Positions 28,712 to 39,404 of a stretch of DNA of 64,000 bases are shown here, piece after piece (the stretch's first letter is position 1; every line of letters begins with the position of its first letter). Under the pieces are notes generated by a model, which saw nothing but the letters and a program-made list of their open reading frames with translations, was not told where the DNA came from and did no database searches. The position numbers and the translations under genes were made by a program. The DNA comes from a virus: IMG/VR virus record IMGVR_UViG_3300008113_000033, positions 1 to 64,000 of that record. The stretch is one strand, 5' to 3'.

Positions 28712-31700
28712 ATGCCATTAAGTTATTCGACAACTATTTCTTATTTAAGTTCAGATTTTAGTTTTGCTAATGCTAAAGCCATTAATGGAACTAATAAATA
28801 TAATAATAAGAAAAAAGAATTAGTAGTCACTTCAGGAGCTGCTACTTATGGATATGTTAAACTTCAAGTAACTCTTACTGGTAGTAATATTACATATGGT
28901 GCTGTTACTTTTTCTACATCTAATGGATCTCCTATATCAATAGGTCAAAATTTAGATGATATTTTCTATCCGTGTAGTTTAGGTAGTCCTAATGGGTATG
29001 AAATTCCTTTACAAGTTGGAATTCCTAAAACAATATATGTTATTGTTAATTCTAATTCAAAAAAAACAACTAAAAAAATAAATGTTGTAACTGCTGTTGG
29101 AGTAAATACTGCAGCTTCTGTATCAATTGATATTCAATATGATTGTATAGTACCGTTATATGAATATTCTGCTGGTGTGCATGTATATTCTCCATATGAT
29201 GCTGCTAATGCATCTAAATTAACAGCTAAACTATATTCTAAAATACAAATAGGCTCAGGAGATAGTAATCCATTCCCAGTAAATCATAAATTATGGGCTT
29301 TACCTGATTTTAGTCATCCAGCATATCCATATTATTATTTAATTTCAGGTAATAATAATGTTATTAAAGTCGGAGGCCCATATGATAGAACCTTTGGTTT
29401 TAAAACTTATTATAAAGTAACTCATAGTGCGTGGAATAATCTTTGGGGGAAGAAACCTAAAATAGATGTAATAGAAGAAGGTCCTCAAAGTTATGAAGGT
29501 CTTACTGGTTTTCCATCATGTATAAATATGATGTTAACTGATATAGGAAAAGTTAAAAGTTGGTTACATAAATCAACATACACAAAACCTACATTATATC
29601 AATTTGTTACTGGATATAGCCCCATTAATTCTCAACCATCAAATGATGATTTTTTTGCTAAATGGGTATTTAGTAATAATCAATTTTACCCACTTACTGG
29701 CAGACGTCATAATATGATTAGATTAGCGTCTGGGTATAAAAAAGGATTTGCTTCCGATGTAGCATTTAGTAATAATTTTGAAGTATCTCATTTAGTTGCT
29801 GGTGGTATGGCTTTAGGAGCTGCTGCTTTTGCTGGAGTATTATTAGCTAAACTATTAACATCAACTGTTGCTGCTTCAATATCAGCAGGAGCTGGTACTG
29901 CTGCTGCTGCTGCTATAGCTGCAGGATCATCTTCATCTCCAGTTGTATCAACAGCAGTTGCTAATATTATTGCTAATATAACTTCTACTCTTACAGCTGC
30001 TGGAATATCTTCAGCAGGTGCTGTTGCTGGTACGGCAATAATTCCTGTAGCTATTTCAAGTATTCCATATGTTACTATTAACAACTTAGTTTTATATCAG
30101 GCTATAGGACAAATAAATATGTCAGCGGGTACTTCTTTTTTTGGTGCTATTTCTGATGTTGCTACTACTACTTATGTTAATATGTTAGCACCAGCTAATT
30201 TTTTAACTTCAGCTACAGCTCAAACAACTACAGCCGCATCTTCTGCTGTGTCTTCAGGAACTCAATTAACAGCTACCTCAGGTACTTCTGCAAGTTCAGG
30301 AGCTGCAGTAGCAGGAGCAGCTGCTGCTACAGTAGTTCTTATAGTAATATTAATTATAATAGCAATTATTATAATAATTCAATTAAATGAAAAAATTGAA
30401 AGATGGATAACTGAAGAATGCAAATCCTTTATATTCCATTATGGTCAAAACCCATATATTGAAATAGGAGATACATTACAATACAAAACAAGATTTCCAT
30501 CTCTAAGTAATCCAAGAGATTATTACTTTCCAGATGATTCTTTTGGACTTTTTACCCAAACAAATAATGGATATTATTGTGATGGTGTTTATTTTTATCA
30601 ACAATCTGGAGGTGTTATTACAACTAAAACATTATCATCAGCTGATACTTTAATTTCTGAGGATCCTAAAATTGTAACTGGATTTGAAGATTCATTAGAT
30701 GTTTTAAATCCAACAACAATACTTGAAGTTGATAAACTTCATTTACTACCATATGCATCGGGTAAACCAATGCAATATACAGCTTCAGTACCTATATATT
30801 TTAGTGATTATCATGAAAATATAATTAATATATATCCTAAAGGTGGATTGCAAACAAAGATTGAAACAAAAACAATGTATGTTAAAGCTAGTTCATCTTT
30901 TAGTTATACTAGTTCAGCTGCTGCAAATTCCTCATCTCTTGATTACTTAAGTTCATCATTAATTCCTTACGTATCATCATCCCAACCTACATACTACCCA
31001 TTATATCCTTCAGGATCTACACCACCAACTCCTATAAGTATAACATCTTCATTTTTTCCATTAATACCAATAATTGTAACAGGTTCAATTAATGTAACAT
31101 CTTCATTAAATGCATTTTTTACTCATGAGTTAAAAATTGAAAATAATCCAACACCAGTTAGTATATTTTATGATAATACTAGTAGTATTAGTGCAAGTAT
31201 AGGAAAGAAATTATATTACGATGATTATGGTTATTTTGGTGCTTTAGATGGATATTACTCAGTTTCAGGTTCAGAAGTCCCAGGATCATCAGATTATAGA
31301 GTTTTCTTTAAAACTAGTAAAGGGGTAATAGATAATATATATCGTATGCCTTTATCAAGCAGTACAACTGTTACTGATCAAGCAAGTAGTTCTTATTCAT
31401 TAGTTACTAATTATCTTGATTATTCAAGTAACTGGTATTTAATAAATAACGATATTGATCTATTAAACACAGATTATGCTAACATTATCAGTTATAGTTC
31501 TATGGGGCAGATGTACCCAGAATATATAACATCTAGTTCTCTTTATAGTTCTAATGATATGCATCAATTAGTTTCTAGAAGAGGATTTATATCAGGAAGT
31601 ATGACTGGTACTGGTTCATGTAATAATAATTTTTATTTGTATGATTCTAACTTTTCAACTGCTAGTATAAATGAAGCTCCTTCATCTAATTTTTACAAAC

Positions 31701-33946
31701 CGTGGATTCCATTAAATGAAAGACCAGCTTTCTCATATTCTCCAACATCATCTATTCAGATAGATATAGAAGAAGTATGTTTTACATCTGGATCAAACCC
31801 TTCAAGTTCATTATATGGATTTAACATATATTCACGAAGTAATAATTTTTTACGTTCTTTTGGTACTGATGTTTACTTAACTACAAATATATATAAATCA
31901 GGAAGTGGATCACCTATAATTTATAATATAACAGCATCAGATGCATCTCTTACAGTAAATTATACTTCAAGTTTATCTTACATAACATTTGGTGAAGGAT
32001 ATGAAAGTAGATGGTTTGTTCCTTACGATAATAGAATATCAGTAAATGATAATGTAACCTCAATATCAATATCATCACTATCTACAGGTAGTGCAGTTTG
32101 TAAAACAAACTATATTATTGGAAGTTTTACTAATTGTAATAACCCAACTCCTACAGCAACTCCTACATCTACTCCAACTCAAACACCAACATCTACTCCT
32201 ACAGCAACTCCTACATCTACTCCAACTCAAACACCAACATCTACTCCAACATCTACCCCTACAGGTACAATTCCTGGAGCAACTCCCACTTCAACTCCAA
32301 CCGCTACACCATTAGATCCAACACCAACTGCTACACCAACAGCTACTCCAACTGCTACTCCAACTGCTACTCCATTAGATCCAACACCAACTGCTACACC
32401 AACATCAACTCCTCAAGCTACAGCTACTGCTATGGCTACTCCAACTGCAACTCCAACTGCAACATTTTCACCAACCCCAACTGCTACTCCAACTTCAACT
32501 CCACAAGCCACAGCAACTAACACAGCTACACCAACTGCGACACCAACTGCTACATTACCTCCATCTAGTGCATTAACTATGTGGGCTAGATTAGCTTCAG
32601 CAACTGATCCATTACAAGGATGGAGTACATCTTTTGAGGCATGTGCTGATACTGGTACCGAGGTTACAGTATTTGTAGATTCTACTGGATATACTTCAAT
32701 ATTTGATGCTTATACTGATGGTAAGATTTTATATACTACTAATGCTATTATAACACCATATGTTGGTGGAGGAACTTACTTTAAAGCAGTTGCAAATAAT
32801 TCATTTGGTGATTACTTTACAATAGATAATTCAGGATTCATTACTGTTTATAGTGCTTGTTCTGCTCCTCCTACAGCAACCGCGACTCCAACTGCTACAC
32901 CAACTCAAACACCAACAGCAACACCAACTAATACTCCAACATCTACCCCAGCTTCATCAACATATTATGAATTATCTTCATGTGTTGAGGTATTGTATAA
33001 ATTTACTACTATTCCTCCTGATGGAATAAATCAAAGATATGTATTACCATCAGAACCAGGAGTACATTACATATATAATGGTAATTCAGTATTCCAATAC
33101 CCAGCTCCTCCAACATATGATAGTAGCTTCCAGAAAACATCATTTTATAACTGTGCTGATCCTACCCCTACTGCAACACCAACATCAACACCAACAGCCA
33201 CACCAACTCAAACTCCAACTGCTACTCCAACTGCAACACCAACAGCTACACCTTTAGCTCCAACTCCAACAGCAACTCCAACAGCTACTCCAACTGCAAC
33301 ACCAACTCAAACTCCAACAGCAACTCCATTAATACCATCTCTTAATATAGATTCAGGATGCGCTGGATATACAGGAACTGGGTATATTAATTTAAGTGCA
33401 AGTGGTGGATCTGGAAATTATACATTCCATATCTCAAATACACCTCCTCCAGGATATAATGGAGTACAAAATGCTTCTAACTTAGGAAATGGAACATATT
33501 ATGTTGGTGTTTATGACAATGTATATGGTACTTCATCAGTGACAACAAGATCTATTAGCTGTGCGGCCGCTCCAACACCAACTGCTACTCCAACTGCAAC
33601 ACCAACAGCTACACCTTTAGCTCCAACTCCAACAGCAACTCCAACAGCTACTCCAACTGCAACACCATTAGATCCAACACCAACAGCTACACCAACAGCT
33701 TTACCTCCAACACCAACAGCTACACCAACAGCAACTCCAACTGATATACCAGTAAATTGCCAGCAGTATACTTTAACTAATAGTGATTTAGAATATTCTG
33801 ATTATTATGATTATACAGCATGTGATGGAACTGCAGTATCAGGTACTTTAGGAGCTGGAGGAGGAATGACTATATGTGCTAGAATTTCTACAGTATACGC
33901 AGGAGGTGCTATTATAATAGATGGCCCACAAGGAACATGTTCTTAA
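28712..33946 (+). CDS. Giant modular virion/adhesin protein with Ala/Ser-rich hydrophobic region, Thr-Pro linkers, SprB-like repeat and Cys modules
   Basis: 1744 aa; TM-like [18 protein letters not shown]; [30 protein letters not shown]. Confidence 0.7.
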   Translation: MPLSYSTTISYLSSDFSFANAKAINGTNKYNNKKKELVVTSGAATYGYVKLQVTLTGSNITYGAVTFSTSNGSPISIGQNLDDIFYPCSLGSPNGYEIPLQVGIPKTIYVIVNSNSKKTTKKINVVTAVGVNTAASVSIDIQYDCIVPLYEYSAGVHVYSPYDAANASKLTAKLYSKIQIGSGDSNPFPVNHKLWALPDFSHPAYPYYYLISGNNNVIKVGGPYDRTFGFKTYYKVTHSAWNNLWGKKPKIDVIEEGPQSYEGLTGFPSCINMMLTDIGKVKSWLHKSTYTKPTLYQFVTGYSPINSQPSNDDFFAKWVFSNNQFYPLTGRRHNMIRLASGYKKGFASDVAFSNNFEVSHLVAGGMALGAAAFAGVLLAKLLTSTVAASISAGAGTAAAAAIAAGSSSSPVVSTAVANIIANITSTLTAAGISSAGAVAGTAIIPVAISSIPYVTINNLVLYQAIGQINMSAGTSFFGAISDVATTTYVNMLAPANFLTSATAQTTTAASSAVSSGTQLTATSGTSASSGAAVAGAAAATVVLIVILIIIAIIIIIQLNEKIERWITEECKSFIFHYGQNPYIEIGDTLQYKTRFPSLSNPRDYYFPDDSFGLFTQTNNGYYCDGVYFYQQSGGVITTKTLSSADTLISEDPKIVTGFEDSLDVLNPTTILEVDKLHLLPYASGKPMQYTASVPIYFSDYHENIINIYPKGGLQTKIETKTMYVKASSSFSYTSSAAANSSSLDYLSSSLIPYVSSSQPTYYPLYPSGSTPPTPISITSSFFPLIPIIVTGSINVTSSLNAFFTHELKIENNPTPVSIFYDNTSSISASIGKKLYYDDYGYFGALDGYYSVSGSEVPGSSDYRVFFKTSKGVIDNIYRMPLSSSTTVTDQASSSYSLVTNYLDYSSNWYLINNDIDLLNTDYANIISYSSMGQMYPEYITSSSLYSSNDMHQLVSRRGFISGSMTGTGSCNNNFYLYDSNFSTASINEAPSSNFYKPWIPLNERPAFSYSPTSSIQIDIEEVCFTSGSNPSSSLYGFNIYSRSNNFLRSFGTDVYLTTNIYKSGSGSPIIYNITASDASLTVNYTSSLSYITFGEGYESRWFVPYDNRISVNDNVTSISISSLSTGSAVCKTNYIIGSFTNCNNPTPTATPTSTPTQTPTSTPTATPTSTPTQTPTSTPTSTPTGTIPGATPTSTPTATPLDPTPTATPTATPTATPTATPLDPTPTATPTSTPQATATAMATPTATPTATFSPTPTATPTSTPQATATNTATPTATPTATLPPSSALTMWARLASATDPLQGWSTSFEACADTGTEVTVFVDSTGYTSIFDAYTDGKILYTTNAIITPYVGGGTYFKAVANNSFGDYFTIDNSGFITVYSACSAPPTATATPTATPTQTPTATPTNTPTSTPASSTYYELSSCVEVLYKFTTIPPDGINQRYVLPSEPGVHYIYNGNSVFQYPAPPTYDSSFQKTSFYNCADPTPTATPTSTPTATPTQTPTATPTATPTATPLAPTPTATPTATPTATPTQTPTATPLIPSLNIDSGCAGYTGTGYINLSASGGSGNYTFHISNTPPPGYNGVQNASNLGNGTYYVGVYDNVYGTSSVTTRSISCAAAPTPTATPTATPTATPLAPTPTATPTATPTATPLDPTPTATPTALPPTPTATPTATPTDIPVNCQQYTLTNSDLEYSDYYDYTACDGTAVSGTLGAGGGMTICARISTVYAGGAIIIDGPQGTCS
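33215..33667 (+). repeat. Identical 90-bp direct repeats (33215-33304 and 33578-33667) flanking a SprB-like module
   Basis: CCAACTGCTACTCCAACTGCAACACCAACAGCTACACCTTTAGCTCC...GCAACACCA occurs twice; offset 363 bp (in frame). Confidence 0.85.
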
Positions 33947-33959
33947 TATTTATTAACAT

Positions 33960-34274
33960 ATGCCAGCAATTGTAAATACAAATACATTTAAATTAAGTTT
34001 CACTAATGAACATACAGTGTATGAAAATTACATTACTGCTCAAATTAAAGAAAACGAATTTAATTTAACATATAATCCATCTATACGAATAACCGGATCC
34101 AATGCATATTCACAAATTAAGAATTTTGCAACTGGATCCGATTTCCATCCTTATGCTTCAACACTTGGATTATATAATGATGATAATGAATTATTAATGG
34201 TTGCAAAATTTGGTCAACCTGTTCCTATTTCAACAGAAACAGACATGACATTCCTAATACGTTATGACTCCTAA
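33960..34274 (+). CDS. Tail structural protein, stand-alone paralogue of the C-terminal third of the 24351 ORF
   Basis: IKENEFNLTYNPS..PYASTLGLYNDDNELLMVAKFGQP vs VKNSDFNYTTNPS..TYVTTVGMYNDNNELLAVAKLSRP. Confidence 0.75.
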   Translation: MPAIVNTNTFKLSFTNEHTVYENYITAQIKENEFNLTYNPSIRITGSNAYSQIKNFATGSDFHPYASTLGLYNDDNELLMVAKFGQPVPISTETDMTFLIRYDS

Positions 34275-34710
34275 CTGGTTATTATTTAAAAAACAAATTG
34301 AATCTATAGATCAATTTCCTGAAAGTACGTTTGGTTTTATTTATAAAATCACTCATATTGACACTAATAAAGTTTATATTGGTAAAAAATCATTATACCA
34401 TAATAAAAAACATAAACTAACTAAAAAACAACTCGCAGAACAACCCATTACTCGAGGCAGAAAATCAACTCACGAAGTAATTCAGAGTGAGTCTGATTGG
34501 AAAACTTACTATGGTTCATCTAAAGAATTAATAGCAGATATCAAACAATTTGGAAAAGAAAAATTTCGTCGTGAAATTATATATATTGCTAAATCAAAAA
34601 AACATTTGACATATCTTGAATTAAAGGCACAATTCGAATACGATGTGTTAGAAATTAATTCATACAACGATAATATATTAGGTAAATTCTTCCGTAAGGA
34701 TTTGATATAA
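34264..34710 (+). CDS. GIY-YIG endonuclease (T4 endonuclease II/Seg-like)
   Basis: GFIYKIT...KVYIGKK...WKTYYGSS...FRREI...YNDNI. Confidence 0.85.
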   Translation: MTPNWLLFKKQIESIDQFPESTFGFIYKITHIDTNKVYIGKKSLYHNKKHKLTKKQLAEQPITRGRKSTHEVIQSESDWKTYYGSSKELIADIKQFGKEKFRREIIYIAKSKKHLTYLELKAQFEYDVLEINSYNDNILGKFFRKDLI

Positions 34711-34714
34711 TTTA

Positions 34715-34731
34715 TTTCCTAATTATTGTTA
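34715..34731 (+). promoter_or_regulatory. Early-type promoter motif upstream of primase
   Basis: TTTCCTAATTATTGTTA matches the early consensus; ATG follows after 4 nt. Confidence 0.55.
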
Positions 34732-34735
34732 TAGT

Positions 34736-35677
34736 ATGGAAAATCTAGTTTTGATAAACTTATTGGAAAATGTGTTAGGTAAATCTAAACCTACATCACG
34801 AGGCAATCATTCATTTCACTGCCCATTCTGTAACCACCATAAGCCAAAATTAGAAATTAATGTAGTTACCAACGAAAAGAAAGAAAATCCTTGGCATTGT
34901 TGGGTTTGTAATACTAAAGGTAAATCAATTCATTCATTATTTAAAGCAATGAAAGTCGATCGTTCTAAAGTAGAACAACTAGATGTTATTATTGTACCTG
35001 GTAAACGCCAAGAAATAGTTTATAATCAAATAGCACTACCTAAAGAATTTAAATCGTTGATTGATGTAACTCCATTATCTAAAATGGATCAAATATATGC
35101 TAAACAAGCATTACATTTTCTTCATAAACGAGATATTATAGACAATCATATTAAAAAATATAATATTGGGTTTTGTACAGATGGTGAATATAATGGACGA
35201 GTTATCATACCATCGTATGATTCAGAAGGACAATTAAATTATTTTATTGCCCGCTCGTTTGATCAAGACTCACCTCGTAAATACAAAAACCCATCAGTAC
35301 AGAATAAAAATATAATTGGATTAGAATATTTTGTAAATTGGGATGCACCAGTAGTATTAGTTGAAGGTATGTTCGATGCTTTAACAATACAACGAAATGT
35401 TATTCCATTATTTGGTAAAGTACTCTCTGAAGCGCTAATGAAACGATTAGTAACATCAGATGTAGAAAAAGTATACGTTGCTTTAGATAAAGACGCACAA
35501 CGTGAAGCATTACAACACTGTCAAACATTAATGAACTACGGTAAAGAAGTTTATTTAGTAGAAATGGATGGTAAAGATGCAAATGAAATCGGATTTAAGA
35601 ATTTCTTAAATATAATTGAAAACACATACCCACTAACATTTGAAAAAATAATGGGTATAAAACTAAAAATCTCATGA
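34736..35677 (+). CDS. DNA primase (zinc finger + TOPRIM)
   Basis: CPFC..WHCWVC zinc finger; GRVIIP; LVEGMFDA; ALDKDA; KDANE. Confidence 0.9.
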   Translation: MENLVLINLLENVLGKSKPTSRGNHSFHCPFCNHHKPKLEINVVTNEKKENPWHCWVCNTKGKSIHSLFKAMKVDRSKVEQLDVIIVPGKRQEIVYNQIALPKEFKSLIDVTPLSKMDQIYAKQALHFLHKRDIIDNHIKKYNIGFCTDGEYNGRVIIPSYDSEGQLNYFIARSFDQDSPRKYKNPSVQNKNIIGLEYFVNWDAPVVLVEGMFDALTIQRNVIPLFGKVLSEALMKRLVTSDVEKVYVALDKDAQREALQHCQTLMNYGKEVYLVEMDGKDANEIGFKNFLNIIENTYPLTFEKIMGIKLKIS

Positions 35678-36465
35678 TTGAGCAAAACTCAAATGTAATC
35701 AAAGATCCAAACATTAAACGGATTGTTGAATACACCGAAAATTCAAAACAAGTAAATATTTTAGATAGTCGTTTCTACAGGCGTAGTGATAAGTACTACC
35801 CATCTGTTACATCAATATTAAATTTCTTCCCAAAGAATAATTTTTTCCATTCATGGTTAAAAGATGTTGGTCATAATTCCGATATTATAATGCGTAAAGC
35901 AGCTAATGAAGGAACACAAGTACACAACGCAATTGAAGATTTCTTAGGTGGGAATGAAATTACTTGGATTGATGAGTATGGTAATGCTAAATATCAATTA
36001 GATGTTTGGAAAATGATTTTACGATTTGCTGATTTCTGGAATCAAGTAAAACCAGAATTAGTATCTAAAGAATATCATTTATTTTCTGACCAATATGAGT
36101 ATGCTGGTACAGCCGATTTAATTGTGAGAATCAACGGGGAACTTTGGTTATTAGACATTAAAACATCAAATTCACTACATACATCATATGACTTACAACT
36201 TGCAGCTTACGCGCAGGCTTGGAATGAAACTCATACTGAAGCAGTTACACGTACTGGTATTATTTGGTTAAAAGCTAAAACACATAAGGAAGGTAAAGAA
36301 GGTCAGATACAGGGTAAAGGATGGCAAGTTAAAATTGTAGACGATATTGAAAAGAATTTTACTATGTTTACTAAAATACAAGACATATATAAACTTGAAA
36401 ACCCAAATGCTTCTCCATATACTGAAACATTACCTACATCAGTTAAGCTAGAGACAGAAAATTAA
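35674..36465 (+). CDS. PD-(D/E)XK exonuclease (Cas4/lambda-exo superfamily)
   Basis: YPSVTSIL, GTQVHNAIE, YAGTADL...LLDIKTS, QLAAYA. Confidence 0.85.
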   Translation: MIEQNSNVIKDPNIKRIVEYTENSKQVNILDSRFYRRSDKYYPSVTSILNFFPKNNFFHSWLKDVGHNSDIIMRKAANEGTQVHNAIEDFLGGNEITWIDEYGNAKYQLDVWKMILRFADFWNQVKPELVSKEYHLFSDQYEYAGTADLIVRINGELWLLDIKTSNSLHTSYDLQLAAYAQAWNETHTEAVTRTGIIWLKAKTHKEGKEGQIQGKGWQVKIVDDIEKNFTMFTKIQDIYKLENPNASPYTETLPTSVKLETEN

Positions 36466-36498
36466 TATTTATAAGTATATTATACTGTATATTAATTA

Positions 36499-37374
36499 AT
36501 GAAGATAGCAATTTATCCAGGCGCGTTTAAACCACCTCATAAAGGTCATTTCCAAGTAGTTAAACTATTAGTTGATAGAGATGATATTTCTGAGGTGGTA
36601 GTTGCCGTTTCATCTAAAGAACGTGGTGGTGTATCAGTAGAACAATCATTAAAGATTTGGGAATTGTATACTAATATATTAGGTCCTAAAGTTAAAGTTA
36701 TATCTATTGAAGGTTCTCCTGTATATTATACATTATCATCGATTAAAAACAACCCAGATCAAGATTTTGTAGTTGTATTCGGTAAAGAAGAAAGTTCACG
36801 TTTTGCTTCATTAGCTGATAATCCTAAAGTAGAAGTATTTGATGCTGGTAATTTTGAAAATATATCAGCAACTGACTTTAGAGATGCTATTCAAGCACGT
36901 AATGTAAAGCAAATAGCTAATTTTTTACCTGCTGGTATTACAACACATAAATTCTTTGATGTATATGGTAGTGTTTATAATAACAATGAAGAACCAATGA
37001 ATGAATCTTTATATGAGAATCAATTCCCATTATTGAAAGAATTTGTTGGGTACTGCAAAGAATATTTAAAATTAAAATCATTACCTCCATTAAAAATGTC
37101 TTATGATCCTACAACAGCAGAATCAAGACGTTCATTTGGTGGATACGATCCAAATAATAAAAGTATTGAATTGAGTGTAGCTAATCGTCATCAAGCTGAT
37201 GTTTTTAGAACATTAGCACATGAATTAGTTCATTATAAGCAAGACATACAAAATAGATTAACACCCGAATCTGGCAAAACAGGTCACCCACATGAAAATG
37301 AGGCTAATACTGCTGCCGCTATAATGATGAGAAACTTCGCTCAAATGCGACCTGAAATGTTTATAGTAAAATGA
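36499..37374 (+). CDS. HIGH-type nucleotidyltransferase (cytidylyltransferase-like) fused to zincin-like HExxH domain
   Basis: IYPGAFKPPHKGH..ISATDFR; C-terminal FGGYDP..RTLAHELVHYKQ..ENEA. Confidence 0.8.
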   Translation: MKIAIYPGAFKPPHKGHFQVVKLLVDRDDISEVVVAVSSKERGGVSVEQSLKIWELYTNILGPKVKVISIEGSPVYYTLSSIKNNPDQDFVVVFGKEESSRFASLADNPKVEVFDAGNFENISATDFRDAIQARNVKQIANFLPAGITTHKFFDVYGSVYNNNEEPMNESLYENQFPLLKEFVGYCKEYLKLKSLPPLKMSYDPTTAESRRSFGGYDPNNKSIELSVANRHQADVFRTLAHELVHYKQDIQNRLTPESGKTGHPHENEANTAAAIMMRNFAQMRPEMFIVK

Positions 37375-38606
37375 TAAAATTATTTGACATACTACAAGAA
37401 ATAACTGGAAAACCTAAAGCAATATTTTTAGCTGGTCCTGCTGGATCAGGTAAAACATATACTTTAAAACAATTACTTCCAGTTGAAAAATATCAAGTAA
37501 TAAATGTAGATGATACATACGAGGAATTACTTAAATCGTCTGGTTTAGGTACTAATTTAAAAGATTTCGGTCCTGAAGAATTATCTCAAGCAGCTAAATT
37601 AATGGGGCGTGCTCAAGGAGCAACTAAAGAGAAATATGCTAAAGCACTTGAAGGATTAAATAACGTTATTATTGATGGTACTGGTGCTGCATCTAAACCA
37701 TTATTTAAAAAGAAAGCAGAATTAGAAGCATTAGGATACGAAACAATGATGTTAATGTTGTATGTTTCACCTATGACATCTTTAAAGCGTAATGCTGAAC
37801 GCGAACGTTCATTATTACCCCAAATCGTATTGCGTACTTGGAGAGATACAAATAAAAATATAGATCTATATCGTCAAGAATTTGGTGATCGTTTTATTTT
37901 AATTAATAACGATCCTGAAGATGCTAATAAAACATTTAATCCTGCTGAAGTTAAAAAATTATATTTTGACACAGCTAAATTCTCAGGCAAGCCTAAAACA
38001 CCAGAAGAACAAGCTAAAGTAAAGGCAGATGCTGAACAATTAAACCAAGATATAATTTCATTAGTTAAACAAATACCCCAAACAGATACACTAGATTCAG
38101 CTAAATCTAAAATTGCTATGTTGGCTGAAGTGCAACAACAATATAAATTATATTGTGATATGGATGGTGTATTAGTTGATTTTGAACGTGGATATAATGA
38201 TTTAACAGGTAAACAAACACCTGGTGTTGATTCAACATATGATAAAGATGATTTTTGGTCTGCAATCACTAAAGCGGGTGTCAAATTTTGGGCTAATTTA
38301 AATTGGATGTCTGATGGACATCAATTATGGGATTATATCAACCAATACAATCCTAAATTATTAACTGCACCATCACGTGAAAAATCATCAGAAATAGGTA
38401 AACAAGAATGGGTAAATAATAACCTACCAGGTACACCTGTTGTATTTAAACAAGCAAAAGATAAAAAAGATTTAGCAGAACCAAATGCTATATTAATCGA
38501 TGATAGAAAAGATAATATCCAACAATGGATAGATGCAGGTGGAATTGGTATTCGTCATATATCTACAGAATCAACAATAAAACAATTACAAAAATTAGGG
38601 TTATAA
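37371..38606 (+). CDS. P-loop kinase (zeta-toxin/AAA_33-like) fused to HAD 5'(3')-deoxyribonucleotidase
   Basis: AIFLAGPAGSGKT, IIDGTG, RNAERER; C-terminal YCDMDGVLVDF, LLTAP, ILIDDR. Confidence 0.85.
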   Translation: MIKLFDILQEITGKPKAIFLAGPAGSGKTYTLKQLLPVEKYQVINVDDTYEELLKSSGLGTNLKDFGPEELSQAAKLMGRAQGATKEKYAKALEGLNNVIIDGTGAASKPLFKKKAELEALGYETMMLMLYVSPMTSLKRNAERERSLLPQIVLRTWRDTNKNIDLYRQEFGDRFILINNDPEDANKTFNPAEVKKLYFDTAKFSGKPKTPEEQAKVKADAEQLNQDIISLVKQIPQTDTLDSAKSKIAMLAEVQQQYKLYCDMDGVLVDFERGYNDLTGKQTPGVDSTYDKDDFWSAITKAGVKFWANLNWMSDGHQLWDYINQYNPKLLTAPSREKSSEIGKQEWVNNNLPGTPVVFKQAKDKKDLAEPNAILIDDRKDNIQQWIDAGGIGIRHISTESTIKQLQKLGL

Positions 38607-38607
38607 T

Positions 38608-39195
38608 ATGTCAAAAGAAACATTATTAAAAAAAGAATTTCAAAAACGAGACGTACAACGTATTCGTAATTTACTATCAGGTAAGCAAGGTGACGCTACT
38701 CAAACACAAGTAGGATATACTACTAAACATATTGACCGAAATGAAGGAGATATTTGGGAAGAATTTGGTAGAAAATGGACTGTAAAGAACGGTATTAAAA
38801 TGAGTGTTACTAAATTAGATAGAGCTAAAAAAGCTGTATTTGCACCTTTATTATGTCCAAGTTGTTCTAAACCAATGAAAACTAAATATGATAAAAAAAT
38901 GTTTTTTATTCATAGTCAATGTTTTGATTGTGTAATTAAAATGGAATCACAACTTAAAATAGAAGGTAAATATCAAGAATACGAAGATAAAATCATTAAA
39001 GCTAATGCTAATTTTGCATTAGATGAATTCGTAAATGGATTTGATTCATTTTTAGATTCGATGGATTCAAATAATGGATTTGTAACTGAACAAGGCGATA
39101 TTGAAGATTGGCATGTAAAAGCTTTAGATAAACAGAAAATACGCGAACAAGTAATGAAAGACGTAGAAGAATCACGTGCTAGATTAAATAGTTAA
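38608..39195 (+). CDS. Conserved hypothetical protein with zinc finger
   Basis: CPSC...CFDC. Confidence 0.75.
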   Translation: MSKETLLKKEFQKRDVQRIRNLLSGKQGDATQTQVGYTTKHIDRNEGDIWEEFGRKWTVKNGIKMSVTKLDRAKKAVFAPLLCPSCSKPMKTKYDKKMFFIHSQCFDCVIKMESQLKIEGKYQEYEDKIIKANANFALDEFVNGFDSFLDSMDSNNGFVTEQGDIEDWHVKALDKQKIREQVMKDVEESRARLNS

Positions 39196-39233
39196 TATTT
39201 ATGGTCATAACATTTTTATCTCTTCTTAATAAA

Positions 39234-39404
39234 ATGCATCAATCAAATGAGCTAAATGCTGCCGGGGTAGCAACAACGTGTATAGCATTATTTAATAGCT
39301 TTTTTTCTATGTTAAATCCTGTACTTACTGGTCTATTTTATATCCTATCTATTGGGTGGTTAGGAGTACAGATATATTATAAAATTAAACGTAACGGAAA
39401 ATGA
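39234..39404 (+). CDS. Small holin-like membrane protein (start revised from 39201)
   Basis: Two hydrophobic segments and a basic C-terminus; late motif overlaps the upstream ATG. Confidence 0.55.
   Translation: MHQSNELNAAGVATTCIALFNSFFSMLNPVLTGLFYILSIGWLGVQIYYKIKRNGK

Larger units (their letters stand above)
26275..33742 (+). repeat. Thr-Pro ([12 protein letters not shown]) low-complexity coding repeats in six blocks across three genes
   Basis: Blocks at ~26275-26480, 26925-27860, 32145-32560, 32865-32950, 33160-33330 and 33570-33742. Confidence 0.95.

Noticed and set aside
33215-33667. Diversity-generating retroelement TR/VR pair
   Set aside because: The copies are identical, with no adenine-specific mismatches; they encode a linker rather than a ligand-binding tip; no reverse transcriptase is present in the window
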